From Eutreptiella sp. 'Long Island Sound 2002' (Eukaryota > Protista > Euglenida): 64,000 nt of DNA. Where the stretch lies: assembly GCA_964036045.1 (NCBI GenBank), contig OZ038378.1, forward strand, positions 175,522,001 to 175,586,000, read 5' to 3'. The position numbers and the translations under genes are program-made. The notes beneath the pieces were generated by a model. That model was given only the letters and a program-made list of their open reading frames with translations. It was not told the DNA's origin and made no database searches. Shown here piece by piece: positions 11,643 through 24,399 of this stretch; position 1 is the stretch's first letter; each line of letters begins with the position of its first letter.

Positions 11643-14220
11643 GCAAAGTCTGTAGAGGGGTCCTCCGCTACCCTTCGGGGTCGGTTGCTGGCCGGCAGCA
11701 ATCCCCATGCCTGCCACATAATGGCCCAACAACTTCCTCAAGCAACAAACACATCGAAAAACCAACCACCAAACAAACAATGTGGCCCGCTTCATGGGTG
11801 GACCACAAATAGTGCTAGCAAAGAAAATCAAAAGATGTCACGACCCAGCCAATAGAGGACATTGAGGTAAGCATGCTCTTTGTGATGACAACCCACCCCA
11901 CACACCTACTAACACATGCACAATGGCATCCGAAGTGTTTTTCACCCCTTGATGGCCGAAGCCAATCACAAGAATGTCGTCATAGTGAATTAAAAGGACG
12001 GCATCAGTGACCCTAGCCTAACCAATCAGCCATGTCACGACTTCTTGGCGGATGACTGCGCTAAAGGCCCATCCAAAAGGCAAAGCCCTAAACCAACATT
12101 ACTGCTAATCTTTCGCAATTCCAAAGCAAGGATGAAAGTTATCAAGTAGCACAAAACTCCAAAAACATTTGCTGATATCAATGTTGCAGGCAGCGTGTTC
12201 TGACCCCCCCCCCTCCCACACATAAGGAAAAGGGCAGCCAAGTCATGGAAGCGGCATCATTGCTAGAGCACTTAGCTCTTGGGGGTAAAGAAATTGGGGA
12301 GTTGCACACAGTCATTAAAACGGCCACTAGGTCCATGGAAGGTATGGTCATCCTCGGGGGACTCCTCTTCATGTCTTGATTGAATGCTAGGAGATTCAGT
12401 GTAAAACTTGCTTTCTCCAGGTTCTTAAGTACCGGAACAAAAGACTCGTTAGGCTACAAGCTGGTCCGCTGTGTATTGAATGTGTCTGTGCCGTACATAA
12501 ATGGACCTTCGGTTTTCTAGGGTTCTCCCGAGTACACTCAATGACACCTTGAGCGCCAGGAACTCAAAAAAAAAGATTTGTTAGGCTACAAGCAAAAGCT
12601 GAGGGCTCATGCTTTCACGGAAAAACCCGAGGGTGTTCAACTGTTCTAGGGGTTGTAGGCCCCCCCCCCCCATTACTAGACCCCAACCTGCCCTAAAATT
12701 GGGTTGTAGCCCATCCCCATTTTGAATGACTCTCGCAATGCGGCGAGCAGGCCCCCAAGGGAGCTCATTGAGTCGTGTGTGGTTTTGCTTTTTTGCTTGG
12801 GGCTCGTTTGCCGGGCGTGATTTGGGTGTTTTCCGAGTGTGTAACGTATGTATCGGCAGTGCACACCTTTTCGGTGGTTGTGTGTATGTGCAGGAGCAAC
12901 CATTGTGGCGGCAGACACGCCCAAGCTGGGAGTGCTACTGTTCCTGGTGCCGGTGTGGTTTCACAGTTTGTGGGACCACACAGGTGGGGATATACCCTCT
13001 TGCGCCTTTTATATGCCATGATTGTACCCATAGTGTTGGCTGCCCGCCGCTTGTCTGTCCCAATTTTTCGAAGTCCCTCCACGAGATGATTGCATTTTGC
13101 ATTTTTTGACACTGTGTCGGACGGGGATGGATGGAGGATGGGCCTTTGGTCGCCCTCATTATGTGGCACATCCAAAGTTGTTCATCACCACTATTGCAAC
13201 CAACATTTGGTGGAATTGTATGCCCTTGAATTCGCTTCAAATTTTGCACGTTCCGCACAATGGCCGACCACGTCCTTAGTAGGAGATTATTATGCTCTTT
13301 TGCACATGTTTTGGAATGCCAAGGCTGGGTTGGGCCTCGCCCACCAAAATAGGGGTGGTGCGCATGCTAGTCTATGAGTGGTCAACACACCGTTGCATCC
13401 TTGATGTTTATTGGTTGCTAAGCGAATGTAACCCGGCGGAACCCTAGAGTAGTTTGGCGTCGAAATTCCACGGTGACGAAGCTCTTGCACAGCTGGCGGC
13501 AGCTTCCATTTTCCAACGTATTTTGAGGCACAATAACCTTTTGCCTCAGAGGGCATGGACCCTAGGTCTTCCGAAGGCAAAATTGTTTTGTTTGTTGGCT
13601 TGGAGTGTTGTGGAGGGGGCAGAATTTTTCACAAGTGTCATGAGTGCAATGCCGATCAGACTCTATTAGCGGTCGTGTGGCGAGTTGTGTGGTTTGCGTA
13701 TGCGTTTAGTTTTTGTGGTCCACCGCGGGTGGAGGTGTTCGTGCCTCGTGGAGTAGTCCTAGCGCCTCAAGTGCTTCCTTCAGGTTTTGGTGGCATGTTT
13801 TTCTTTTGCGCCACTTCCTGTGGGGGGTGTTTGTGCCCTGTGTAGGAGCCTTTGAGCCTTGAGCACTTCCTTCAGGTTGTTTCCTTGGCAGATTGGCACT
13901 ACATGGACACACAACAACCATGCAGGGTATTGGGCATTAAATTCCCATGGGGAATGCAGCGATGTACATTTTTTGTTTTTTGGGTGTGTTTGCTCTGCAA
14001 AACCAAAGTATGACACACTCAAACTGAAGTTTTGTTGTGTGTACACCGTGGTTTGTATTTGGTGTGTGTGTTTTTGTGGTTTGTATTTAGTGTGTGTTTT
14101 TTTCTTGCATGTGTGACGTAAAGGGGGTGCATGCCAGTGACTCTATCTTGTATAACGAGCTGCAGACCCATGCGGCGACGTTCCTCATTTGTTTTCTGCG
14201 TGTGCTTGCTCCGCAAAAGC

Positions 14221-15650
14221 CGTGGGCCATGTGGATGGATGGCACGGGCGCTCTGCCTATTTGCAACCTAGGGGGCAGACCCTTTGCTCTCGGGTCTAGG
14301 TTCCGGTTTGGTCTACTCATTCCCTTTGCTTTCAGATTCGAGTGTTTTTGGTGTGCCCTTTCCTAGCTCCCGGTTATGGGTGCGTCTTGGCCGATCCTAC
14401 TTGCCACGTGGGTGACCGGCATGGGCACTCTGCATATCTGTACGTTGGGTGGTGCACCCTTTGCTTTTGCATTTGGGTTCAGGTTTGGTCTACCCCTTCG
14501 CAACCCCTGGGTTTGGGGTGTGTGTTGGGGGGTCCCCGTGCCACATGAATGGCCGTTACAAGCACAACGCCTATCCACAGGCAAAGGGGCGCACCCTTGC
14601 TTTTCGGCTTGAGTTCTAGTTTCGTCAAATCCCTTCCTGATTGCCGATTTTAGATGCTTCTCGGGCAACCCTTGGGCCACGTGGGTGGTTGGCGCCGGCA
14701 CTCTACCTATCCACCAGTTGCGGGACGCACCCTTTGCTTTTGCATTTTTCTTCGGGTTTGGTCTACCCCTTCCCAACCCCCATTTCTGGGTGTGGCCTGG
14801 GCGATCCCGTGGCTCATGTGGCAGGCCGGCACCTGCACTCTCCCTATCTACGGCCTGGGCGGCACACCCTTGGCCTTCACGTTTGCATTCGGGTTTGGTC
14901 TAGCCCTTCCCAACTCCTGTTTCCGGGTGTGTCCCCGTGATCCCATGGGCCACATGGGTGGATGGCGCGGACGTTCTACCTAGATGCCAGCCAGAGGATG
15001 CACCCTTTGCTTTCGGGGTTAGGTTGGGGCTTGGTCTAGCCCTTCCCAGCTCCTGCATCTCGGTTGCATCTCGGTACGTCTTTTTTTTTTTTGGTAGGTC
15101 CCATGGGCCATGTGGGTGGCTAGCAACGGGCACTCTACCTATCTACAGTTTGGTGGCGCACCCTTTGGTTTTGCCTTTGGGTTTGGTTTTGTCTACCCCT
15201 TCCAAGCTCCCCTTTCCTAGTGCATCCTGGGCCATCCCCTAGGCCACATGAATGGCCGTCACTAGAATTGTGCCTTTCACAAGGTGGAGGGTGCACCCTT
15301 TGCTTTCGAGCTTGAGTTCTAGTTTCGTCAAACTCCTTCCCAACTCTCGTTTCCAGGTGTGGCCTGGGTGATCCCGTTGGCCATGTGGATTGCACGGGCG
15401 CTGTGCCTATCTACGGCGGGGGGGGGGGGGGCACCCTTGACTTTTGTGTTTGCCTTCAGGATCGGTCTACCCCTTCCCAACTGCCATTTCCGGGTGCGTC
15501 CTGGACAATCCCATGGGCTTGGGTGGCTGGCACGGGTGCTCTGCGGACCCTTTGCTTTCAAGTCTGTGTTCAGGTTCCGTCTACCTCTTCCCACCGACCG
15601 TTTCTGGGTGTGTCATGGGCGATCACGTGGGCCACATGGGTGGCTGCTAG
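14221..15650. repeat. Degenerate tandem array, ~137-bp unit, about 10 copies
   Basis: The anchor gcaccctttgct(t) or a variant recurs near 14277, 14454, 14591, 14727, 14862, 15000, 15157, 15292, 15431 and 15545. Each unit also carries variants of gggccacgtgggtgg and ggtctacccttccc. Confidence 0.9.
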
Positions 15651-17592
15651 GCTTCTAAGGATCGCGGACCAAACGCTGCCCTTCGGTAGTGCTTCCCGGA
15701 CAGGGGGCGGAGACCTGTGCACTATGAATCATACACACACCCGGGGGGGATGCTAGGCACTGCAAGTGGTCCCGGGGCCACGGCACCGCCCCTCTTTGCC
15801 GGAGCCCGAGGGGTACCCACGACGAATCGGACTGGGGCAGTAGGTGGGTTGGACTTCTTATGGAGGGGACAAAGAGGAGAGATGCCGCCATGATGCTTAG
15901 ACTGAGCAGGCTCTTGGGGCCACCCCACTGGCGTCTGTGTCCCCAAGCCAGTGAGGTACGTCGGGCACCATGGGGATGTCGGCACTGTGCCGAGCATTGG
16001 CCGCATCTCCTCCTCCTCCTCCTCCTATGTGTGTGTCTGTGTGTTTGTGCATATCTGTGTATTGTATTGTTTCCACATACAGGAAAATCTTTGTGGCCCT
16101 CAGATATATTGCCGCCCAGCCCTCGCATTACCTTTTGCATGGCATGGGGTCACCACAAGACACCAGAAAAGCTGTCCAACGTATAGCATAGGTCTTGGCC
16201 TATCATGCTCCATCTGGAAGCAATTCACACGAAGAAGAGCAGCTGCCACCCTCTGTTGGTGTGTGAGTGTGAAAGTGTTATCAAAGGTTTTCAGTTGAAT
16301 TTTTCACACTCTTGTCCAAACTTCAAGGCGCTTAGACTGAAGAAACCCTGTGATGTGTAATTTTCTGGATTGATTGATTGTTTGCTAACCCATATTCATT
16401 CCTCAACCAGGCGACCCATTACCTTTCACCTGATAGTGACCCATCCCCCAGTGCAATGACATGCAAAACACAGTCACAGTGTGGACCAACAGGACACAGC
16501 CCAAGTGCCCTTGGCCCACATGTGGTGCAATATGGTAGGGCTCTTGAAGGTATAATCTTGGGGCTGTGTGGTGTGACCCAGGTACTATGCCGGCTGCCAT
16601 CCCCTGCAAATGCTCAAAGAGGGTGTTGCGCGCACCGTGTGTGCACCGAGCAAAGTTTTTGTATGTCCGTTTACATGGGCGCTACCTTGTGCCACATTGT
16701 AGGCTCAAAGCCAATGTTGAAGCATCCATCCGCAAATGGCTGAATCTATATTGCCGTATTTTCACCCATACCCATTGCACTGTTCGACGCGTTCAAGGTG
16801 TGATTCATACAAGCCTTGAGCCAATTCATTGTCTCCCTTGTCGTCCCCACCCCAGTCCCCACCAAAGCTAGTGCCTGTCGATGTACTGGGGGTAGTTTGG
16901 TGACTATTTTTTCGGCTCATGCCTCACATTGATGGCCTTACTGAGACGGAGTCGCTCTACTCCAATGTTTGGATTGCACGTGGTAGGACGCATCCCCTTG
17001 CGACATTGAGCAATCTTCCAAGTGCGTTGGGCCTTCACGATTTGATTGCACAAAGTGTTTGTGAAATCTTCCCTGGAAACCGATGGCTTTCTCTCAAGCA
17101 GGTTCCGTGGACTTGATCATGCAGTGTCTAGGACAACACAACATAAGTAGCTGTGGTGCATGTTTCACGACGTGACGTGCATGCTCTTCAGCATTGTTGT
17201 GATCCATTGAACTGTCTCGTACCCCACAATCGGTCGCTGAATGTGCCATTGTTGTTGCCCGTTTTCACCTGCTCCAGGAATTCTTTTTTTCGTAGATTTC
17301 CGACTCATAGATGTGGTAGTGCCTGGTCTTGCTCAGTATGGTGAGCAAGAGTCCCGTCAGATTGGCACAAATCCTCACACAAGCTCTACACAAGTATCAC
17401 GGACGTATTTGCCCCCTAACCTACGGACCCCGGGGGTCCTGGGCTGGTGACCATGGTGTTGCTTTGGTGTTTGGTGGTGTGGTCTATCACTTGGTATTGC
17501 CCTTCCAAAGGTGTCTCTGTCAGCCCAGACCCAGTACATGCCTACCGCCTCCCGCATTCTCTGTACCCGGAACGAGCCTGCGCCCTGCCATC

Positions 17593-19233
17593 ATGAGAGC
17601 TCTTGCTTCACTTTACAGCGCTTTGGGTTCCGATCGCTGTCGTCGTTCTCGTGGCTCTCTCCTAAGCACTAGCTCCAGCCCGGCGTCCATTCCAGTGCGC
17701 TTTTACACAGGCTTCAGCCCAGCTCCTGACCCCCAGTGCGACTGCGCCACTGTGTCGGCGTTGACGCGTGGCTGCATTGACGATGCAAGCTACCGCCGTC
17801 ACAAATGGGCAATGAGCCCAACCCGTCGTCCGTACCACGCCCGAGTCAATCAAAGCAGAGCCATGCACACGGGGTCCATGCAGAGGAGATTGCAATCTCT
17901 CTGCAACCCCCAAATCGAGCTCCTGTCAGGAACAGAGGGAGGCCATGGCCTCCGGTGTATCCGACACCATCGCACAGTGCGTCCGCCTCCGTCGGTGTCC
18001 GACGTCCTGGATGCCTTCAGTCCCGGGCTTAAAGACACGGACGACGAGCAGTTGGTCCCGTTGCTCTCGAGGCTGACGGTCCCGGACTTCGTCGCGGCGC
18101 TACCACCGCCGCAAATAGTGGCCGTCCTCTGTGCCCTGGCGACTGGGGGGGTCCGTCAGGTGCACGTGCTGCGAGTCCTCACGGACGCCTTGTCCGCCGA
18201 CTGGCCCCGCACCGACGATGCCATCGCGGACCTGCTGTGGGCACTCGCGGTGCTGCAGTACCGGCCTCAGCCGCTGCTCACGGCTCTGCAGCACTGGCTT
18301 ATGAAGTGGGCGCCGCGCCTGCGCACGCGCCACCTGCCCAAGACCCTGTGGGCCCTGGCGGCGCTGGACTGCCAGAACGACGCACTGTTCCGTGCGCTGC
18401 TGCAGCGGGTCCTCCCGTTGCCGAAGCCGGTGTCGACGACGCACGCCGCGCAGGTGCATCAGGCCGTGCTCCACGTGGCGTGCAACGCCGCGACCCTGTG
18501 CACGACCGCCGAGGCCTTGGGGCTGCATCCGCACTCGCATCGGCCGGGGCGCAGCCCCGTCTGCGGTGGCCCCGTCACCCTCAGTCTGAGTCGCATGTTT
18601 GCGCGGCACGCGCGGTGCCGCCTGCGAAACTCTGACTTCCAGAAGGACGTGGCGCGCGTTCTCAGGGCCATGGGGTTTGAGCTGGAGACGGAAGTGCAAC
18701 TGCCCGACGGCGGGGGTTACGTCGTGGACATCCTTCTCAAGGCCGATGTGCGTGTGCACGGGCGTGTGGTCGTGGAGGCTGACGGCCCGGACCACTTTTG
18801 TCGCACGCCGTCCCTTGTTCCGCCCCCCGACCACGCCGCTGCTGCGCACGTTGGCGCTTCACCTGTCTGTTCCGGGACAGCGAAAGGCTGTGCCCCGGGG
18901 GCGGGCCTTGAGCCGCGCCTCATCGGCCATTGCCCGGAGGAGTGGGCAGTGCATAATGGCGCGGTGGATCATGCGGCCCCGGCCACGGAGGGGGCACCGA
19001 AGGGGGGGCATGTGCTGCGGCAGCGGCAGCTGCGGGGCTTTGGGTACACCATCGTCGCTGTTCCGTGGGCCGTGTGGACTCGGCATGGGCCCAAAGAGCA
19101 GCGTATGGCGTACCTGTGGGACCTGCTGCACACGTCTGGGGCAGTGTGGCGCCCGCAACTGACACATGTGAATGCCGTGCATAGGGGTGGACCCCAGAGC
19201 AGAGAGTCGATTAAGGGCCAAGCTACGCCGTGA
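17593..19233 (+). CDS. RAP-domain protein with FAST/OPR-like helical repeats; probable organellar RNA-binding or processing factor; intronless
   Basis: C-terminal RAP signature: SDFQKDVARVLRAMG..ETEV....GYVVDILL...VVVEADGPDHF...LRQRQLRGFGYTIVAVPWAVW. Helical repeats LLWALAVLQYRP and TLWALAALDCQN. GC-rich codon usage in the core. The ORF is open from a TTG at 17329; ATG 17593 is preferred because it starts an Arg/Ser-rich presequence-like segment (MRALASLYSALGSDRCRRSRGSLLS). Confidence 0.85.
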   Translation: MRALASLYSALGSDRCRRSRGSLLSTSSSPASIPVRFYTGFSPAPDPQCDCATVSALTRGCIDDASYRRHKWAMSPTRRPYHARVNQSRAMHTGSMQRRLQSLCNPQIELLSGTEGGHGLRCIRHHRTVRPPPSVSDVLDAFSPGLKDTDDEQLVPLLSRLTVPDFVAALPPPQIVAVLCALATGGVRQVHVLRVLTDALSADWPRTDDAIADLLWALAVLQYRPQPLLTALQHWLMKWAPRLRTRHLPKTLWALAALDCQNDALFRALLQRVLPLPKPVSTTHAAQVHQAVLHVACNAATLCTTAEALGLHPHSHRPGRSPVCGGPVTLSLSRMFARHARCRLRNSDFQKDVARVLRAMGFELETEVQLPDGGGYVVDILLKADVRVHGRVVVEADGPDHFCRTPSLVPPPDHAAAAHVGASPVCSGTAKGCAPGAGLEPRLIGHCPEEWAVHNGAVDHAAPATEGAPKGGHVLRQRQLRGFGYTIVAVPWAVWTRHGPKEQRMAYLWDLLHTSGAVWRPQLTHVNAVHRGGPQSRESIKGQATP

Positions 19234-21360
19234 CAAAACTGTGGGAACAGGAATTCCCGGTGAAATGCTGGTGGGCAACCATTGCTGATCATGTAGCTGC
19301 GCCTATCCACGCTACAATACCCCTGGGTACCGGAGTTATTTTGGCACCCATTTCCTTGTCACCATCATAGGCCACTTCCTCCTGTGGTGTCTTCTGAATT
19401 GGCTTCACATGGACGGTCGAATGGGGTCCATTTGTGGTTGTTTGCCTTTGTTTCCGCCCAAGTACCAGGCCCCGTTGCAGATGAGATGTAGATATGGAGA
19501 TGTTGCACTTCGGTGGTACACTTGAACACCAAAAAGCAAAACACAACAGACAGCCTGGTCCAACGCATTGGGAACTCGGCATTCATCTGCACGCGGTGGC
19601 ATTTCTGGGATTGGGGCTCCACAAAAGGCATAGGCTGTGTTTGGAATTGGGCATGGGTACCCCATCTGGACTAAGTTTCAAAATGATTATGACGTGTTGT
19701 GCCTTGATGATATTTGTGCCTTATTTTCCATGCATGCCAATTGTCATGTGTGGCTACTAGGGGTTGGGGGTGCTCATTTGGCAACCATCACCACGGTGCA
19801 GGGGCGGGGGACTGTTGCCCCGCAGAAAAGGAGATGGCAAAGAGGGGTGTCATGAAATTGGTGTGTTGTCTGAGGAATTTCTTGACGTGGTTCATAAATA
19901 TTGCATTCCGTGTGCATGGGTCTGCTAGTGTATTGGATTGCATTTGAACCCTGCTGCAGAAAATTGGTCCTAATGAGATACCACAAAGTTGGCCAATAGC
20001 TGAATCCGCAGCCTTTCTTGGTTGTTGGTCGCACATGTGCATGTCACAATGATGAACTTTGGTGGCCCATTGGGGGGGTGGCCCCCAAAACCCCACTGGC
20101 AGAATTCTGTCTGTGAAAAATGAGTGATGGAAACCCATGTTTGTGGGCAGCGTGTTTTTGGGACGCGACGGAACACCCCCTCTGGATGACGTTTTGGCAC
20201 TTTGGGACCTAATTTCCGGTACTCAAAGACCAGGGGAAATAGAGGGTTTCGGGTGTTTTCTATGGGCAAAATGAATGGATCAGAGGATTTGACAGGGGTT
20301 GCAGCAAGCGATCTATTGGTGTGGTATGTGTCGTATGGTTTGCAGAGGTAGAAAATCGGGCGCTCACGCAACCGTGGCTCCGGGGTCAACTTTCAAGGCC
20401 GACCTGGGTGCACCGTGTCATACCTCAAAATTCTGCTTGCTGTTTAACACGAATGCAAACTGCATGTTTAGGATTCTATGACTAGTGAAAATGAAACTGT
20501 TTCTTTGTTTCACATGCTCGGAAAAGAGCTTTTTGCACCTTGACCACTTCACCTTGAATTCCTGAACATGCCCACCACTTTCACCAACATGCTCGGCTAG
20601 GACCCCAAGGAGGTGGAGGGTGGAGCACTGGCAAGGAACATTGAGCAAGTATCAACCATCCTTGCTCCTAAGATGGTACCATTGGTCATAAGGAAAGAAT
20701 GGAGCAAAACAGGATGAGGTATTACAGTTGCTCCAGCCCAGCTTGTGACAAGGGTATGATCCTAGGTGCACTTGTAGTGTGAATGTGTGATGCTGCTACC
20801 ACAACATATGTGCAGCACAAGGTTGTTATCCAAAGTGAGTGATCTAGTGGGAAGAACCAGGTGCATAGTTCCCCCCACATGGGCATAGCCCATAGCCCAT
20901 GCTGATGCTAACGAATTTGAGGTCTGTTCTCAGCCTAGCAACAGGGCTAATACAATGTTGTTGTTTGCTATACTTGTTATGAACTCAGCAGTTTGAGTAG
21001 ATTGCAATCAGATCATGGCCATCCCTTTGTTCCCCATACCCTCTATTAACCCCACCTTCATGTATAATTTTTTGGTTAGCTTTTATTTCATATTACGGGA
21101 ATGCCATGCTTGCAATGCGCCACACAATGCAAAGTTTTGTATGTTGGCAACTACCCGAACCCTAGTTTCAGCCCTAGTTTTGGCTTAGTTTGTTGTTCCA
21201 TAATAATAATAGGGTTTTTTGAGCTTCTTATGCATCCCGGATATGACATATTTGAATTGTCATCCATTTCCACATGTTTTCACCCATTTGTACCGCTCCT
21301 TGGATATGTTTCCAGAGTGTTTTCACTCCTGTCAGACCCCAAAAAAAGTTGATGACCCGT

Positions 21361-21690
21361 ATGCAGGCCATTGTGGAAGCTTGTGGCTGTCATGCCATCA
21401 AGTAGAGCAATTCGCGAGATAGAGGGCTGGTGTGCAACCTACCTATCCCCTGCTGTGGTAATTTGCTCTTGCATGTTGATTTTATTTGCGGCCTCCCTAA
21501 CTTTGGAGGCTATGATAGCTCCTGGGTGGTAACGTGTGGATGAACTCATTTCACCAGTGTCTTTCCTTGCAGCAAGAAAATCACAAGTGAACAAATGGTC
21601 AAGATATTGGTCGAACAATGGTTCAAACCATGTGGTGCCCCCAAAGAGGTGCACTATGATAAAGATGTCCGCATCCGGAGTGTTATTGGA
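21361..21690 (+). pseudogene. Ty3/gypsy-type LTR retrotransposon integrase (rve) relic, N-terminal half of the catalytic core
   Basis: My translation of frame 21361: MQAIVEACGCHAIK*SNSRDRGLVCNLPIPCCGNLLLHVDFICGLPNFGGYDSSWVVTCG*THFTSVFPCSKKITSEQMVKILVEQWFKPCGAPKEVHYDKDVRIRS. This gives the G-L-xx-LPIP, HVDFIxGLP and G.P..v.sD motifs. The first two catalytic Asp are 60 codons apart. Stops at 21403 and 21541. Confidence 0.88.
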
Positions 21691-22751
21691 TGATGCCACT
21701 ATCCACCATGGATGGACATATTGTGACATGCTTGGCATGCTAGATTGTGTTGGGAATGTGTTGGATTACATTAGGTGGGTTTGCCGAAGACATTGGTTTT
21801 TTTTGTTGGATGCCGAGTCTATTGGGCTGGCCAAGGCAATTGGAGACGGGCCGTGTTGTTTCTAGCTAGTTCTGTCAAGATAAGCAAGGAATGTGTTTTC
21901 AGGTACCTGGGAACTCTATGGTAACCCCTAGAGTTGTGGGATTCATGATGTTGTGACAATATACATATGGTAGGCACGGGGGGGGGGGCGTCTCCTCGGT
22001 TCGGGTAGGTGACCCCCCCCCCCCTCCGTGTGCACACGCATCACAGTGCTCTTCGGGTTGGAGGCCAGGTCCGCGGGAGCCTCCCGTGGAGGCGATGGGG
22101 CCGGCCCTGCCTCCGGGCTTCAGCACGTGATATGAACCGATAGACAGCTTGGGCCCCAGAGGGGTGAAGCGTCAAATGGAAGCGGGTGGTTGGGTAAACA
22201 GTTATACAGGTGACGGCCAAGCAACAAACCAGAAATGCACTACACACACACACACACAAGCCACAGAGCGCAGGTTCGAAACAAGGTCCCGGTTGGCCTG
22301 GTGTGGAGTCATCGCTTTTGTATTTATGGGATGCTTGCCTCACCGAGCCAATGGGGGGGTGCAGTTTCCTCAAGCGGGCCAAGAAACATTCGGCCCCATC
22401 TGAGATGTGCTGCAGTGCAGCAAGTCAAACAATGAACTGAGAGTCATGACGGTGACCATATGCCTGTGTCATGGGGGTATATGCGAGTCCTGTATCCGTT
22501 GCTCATGGCCCCCCCTCCCTGCCCTCCGGGCCCACTTAGTTACCAAGGGTCAATGGCTACAGACTATATATAGGGTGGCGCCAAAGGCGCCCGAAAATTT
22601 TGTCCCCCTTTGCTGGGGACCCCCGCGGATGCAGGGGTTACGTAGCACTTCCGCCCACTCGTGGGCCCCCGTGAAGGCAGGGGTGAGGTAGCCACTTTTG
22701 ATTTTGTGTATGCTTCTTTTTCATCAAACCATCAGTGCTTTTGAGTGCCAT

Positions 22752-22855
22752 ATTAGCAAGATGAGGCACTATACAAATGTTGTTTGTTGCAAAGTGCTTT
22801 CCAGCAGAAGATTAGCAAGACGGGCCGCTACACAAAGGTTGTTTGTTGCGAAGTG
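22752..22855. repeat. Short tandem duplication, 59-bp period
   Basis: attagcaaga..g.c.cta.acaaa.gttgtttgttgc.aagtg at 22752 and 22811. Confidence 0.85.
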
Positions 22856-24299
22856 AAGATATTGCATTCGGAGCACAACCCCGGCCCAAGTGCAGCGCCA
22901 ACTTCTTTCTGTCGCATATAAAGGAGTTGCATTAGATACGTCCTTGCCTTGTTTGTTGCCTGTGTTCCACTAAATCCTACATGTGTTTCCTACTAATCAG
23001 GTGCCTCGTAGACCTGGACAACCTGCCAGACACCCAGGTGCTCTCCGGTGTGACGGGCCGTGTCGGAGAGAACAGCATATATATACGGCCCTCCCCAAGC
23101 AGGGGGTGTGGGCGCCCACAACCACCATTGCACTGGTGAGGAGGTAGAGTCGAGGCCTCCATTATTGTAGAGTAACACCTTAGGCCACCGCGTCTCTGCT
23201 AGACTGGACTAGACCTCTGCTAACCCTCTCCCCTAGCCCCCCCCCCCCTTTAGCGACGAGTAGCGACTAGCTAGTCCCCAAGAGAAGTCCTCCTCGGCGG
23301 CTAGCCTCCCCCCCCCCCCAAAGAGCCCCCAACCCCCCCCCCCCCCCTCCCTGGGGGCCTTCAGCCCACTTCTACGGGGGGGGGGGGGTGAGTCGCGTCT
23401 AAAAGCGAGGAGACGGCCCACCTGTGCTGTGATGGTAGGATGAAAAAAAAAGCCATCACTTGCAGCTTGTAGCCTTGCTTAGGGCCTACCATGGCGTGGT
23501 TAGAGGTTAGAAAATCACTGTTTCCACTCAAAATAGAGTCAAAAACTGCATTAGCGAAGGAATTTGTGCCCACAAAATTGACACTGGCTGTTATGCAACC
23601 ATGTTAGGGGCGCATGGCATGTGCTATCCGCGCTTGTCACCTATTTCCAACCCCCTTGAACCCCATTGGGACATTTGAAAATTTTGTAATTGTTCAGCGT
23701 GGGAGGGGGTCAATGGGACATTTTTCGTTGTGCTAGCGGAAGCAAGGACGTGCTTTAATGTTTGACCTTCTTGTGGTATTGAGGCGAACCTGCCCCCATG
23801 GAATGGAATGTTCGGAAAGCATGGAGCGTGTCCATGCACTTGAGACGACAGGAGATGTGTCGCCACAATCCAACATTCCCAAGCCACCACTTTTGCTAGT
23901 GCCATCTGTTAGTGTTTGGCTACCCACCCTTGGGCAGCCAAAAATTTGAGAGAGGTGTTTGTGAAAGGATTGTTGTGAAGCCAAGTGCAGACCTTGGTGC
24001 TTCAATGTATATGCTTTGTCAATTTGCAGTCAACTTGCAGCAAAGCACCTTGTGGCACTCATTCATCCAAATGCGTCCCCCCAACCCGAATGCTCCAGCA
24101 TGTAGAACCAAGTTGCACAATAATTCACCTTTTGCCACACCAATCCCACCTAACCTAAGGGATTCACACTTCCCATGACGCTCGTTCAACTCCTCCGCAA
24201 ACAGTTTTCCTGCAAAGGAAGCTTTTTTGTGAACAGGCGCAAGGCAATCAGTTGTAGGCAATTTTTTTGCACTGTGCACACTGGGTGCACCTTGCAGTG

Positions 24300-24399
24300 A
24301 AACCCTCGCATAGAGGTTAGACGTGTGGGTATAGGGCACACCTGTGGACACCCGAACGTTTTGGGCGTTGGCGTTCAGCGCATCAGTGGCCTGGGGCAA
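24300..24399 (-). pseudogene. Integrase relic, C-terminal part of the DDE core
   Basis: The minus strand reads DALNANAQNVRVSTGVPYTHTSN, then aacctctatgcgag, which gives N-P-L-C-E if one C is restored. This matches the P-x-x-x-x-S-N-x-x-x-E motif carrying the catalytic Glu. Confidence 0.6.

Noticed and set aside
17329-17592. TTG-started N-terminal extension of the RAP ORF
   Set aside because: Near-cognate start and non-protein-like composition. ATG 17593 gives a more plausible presequence.
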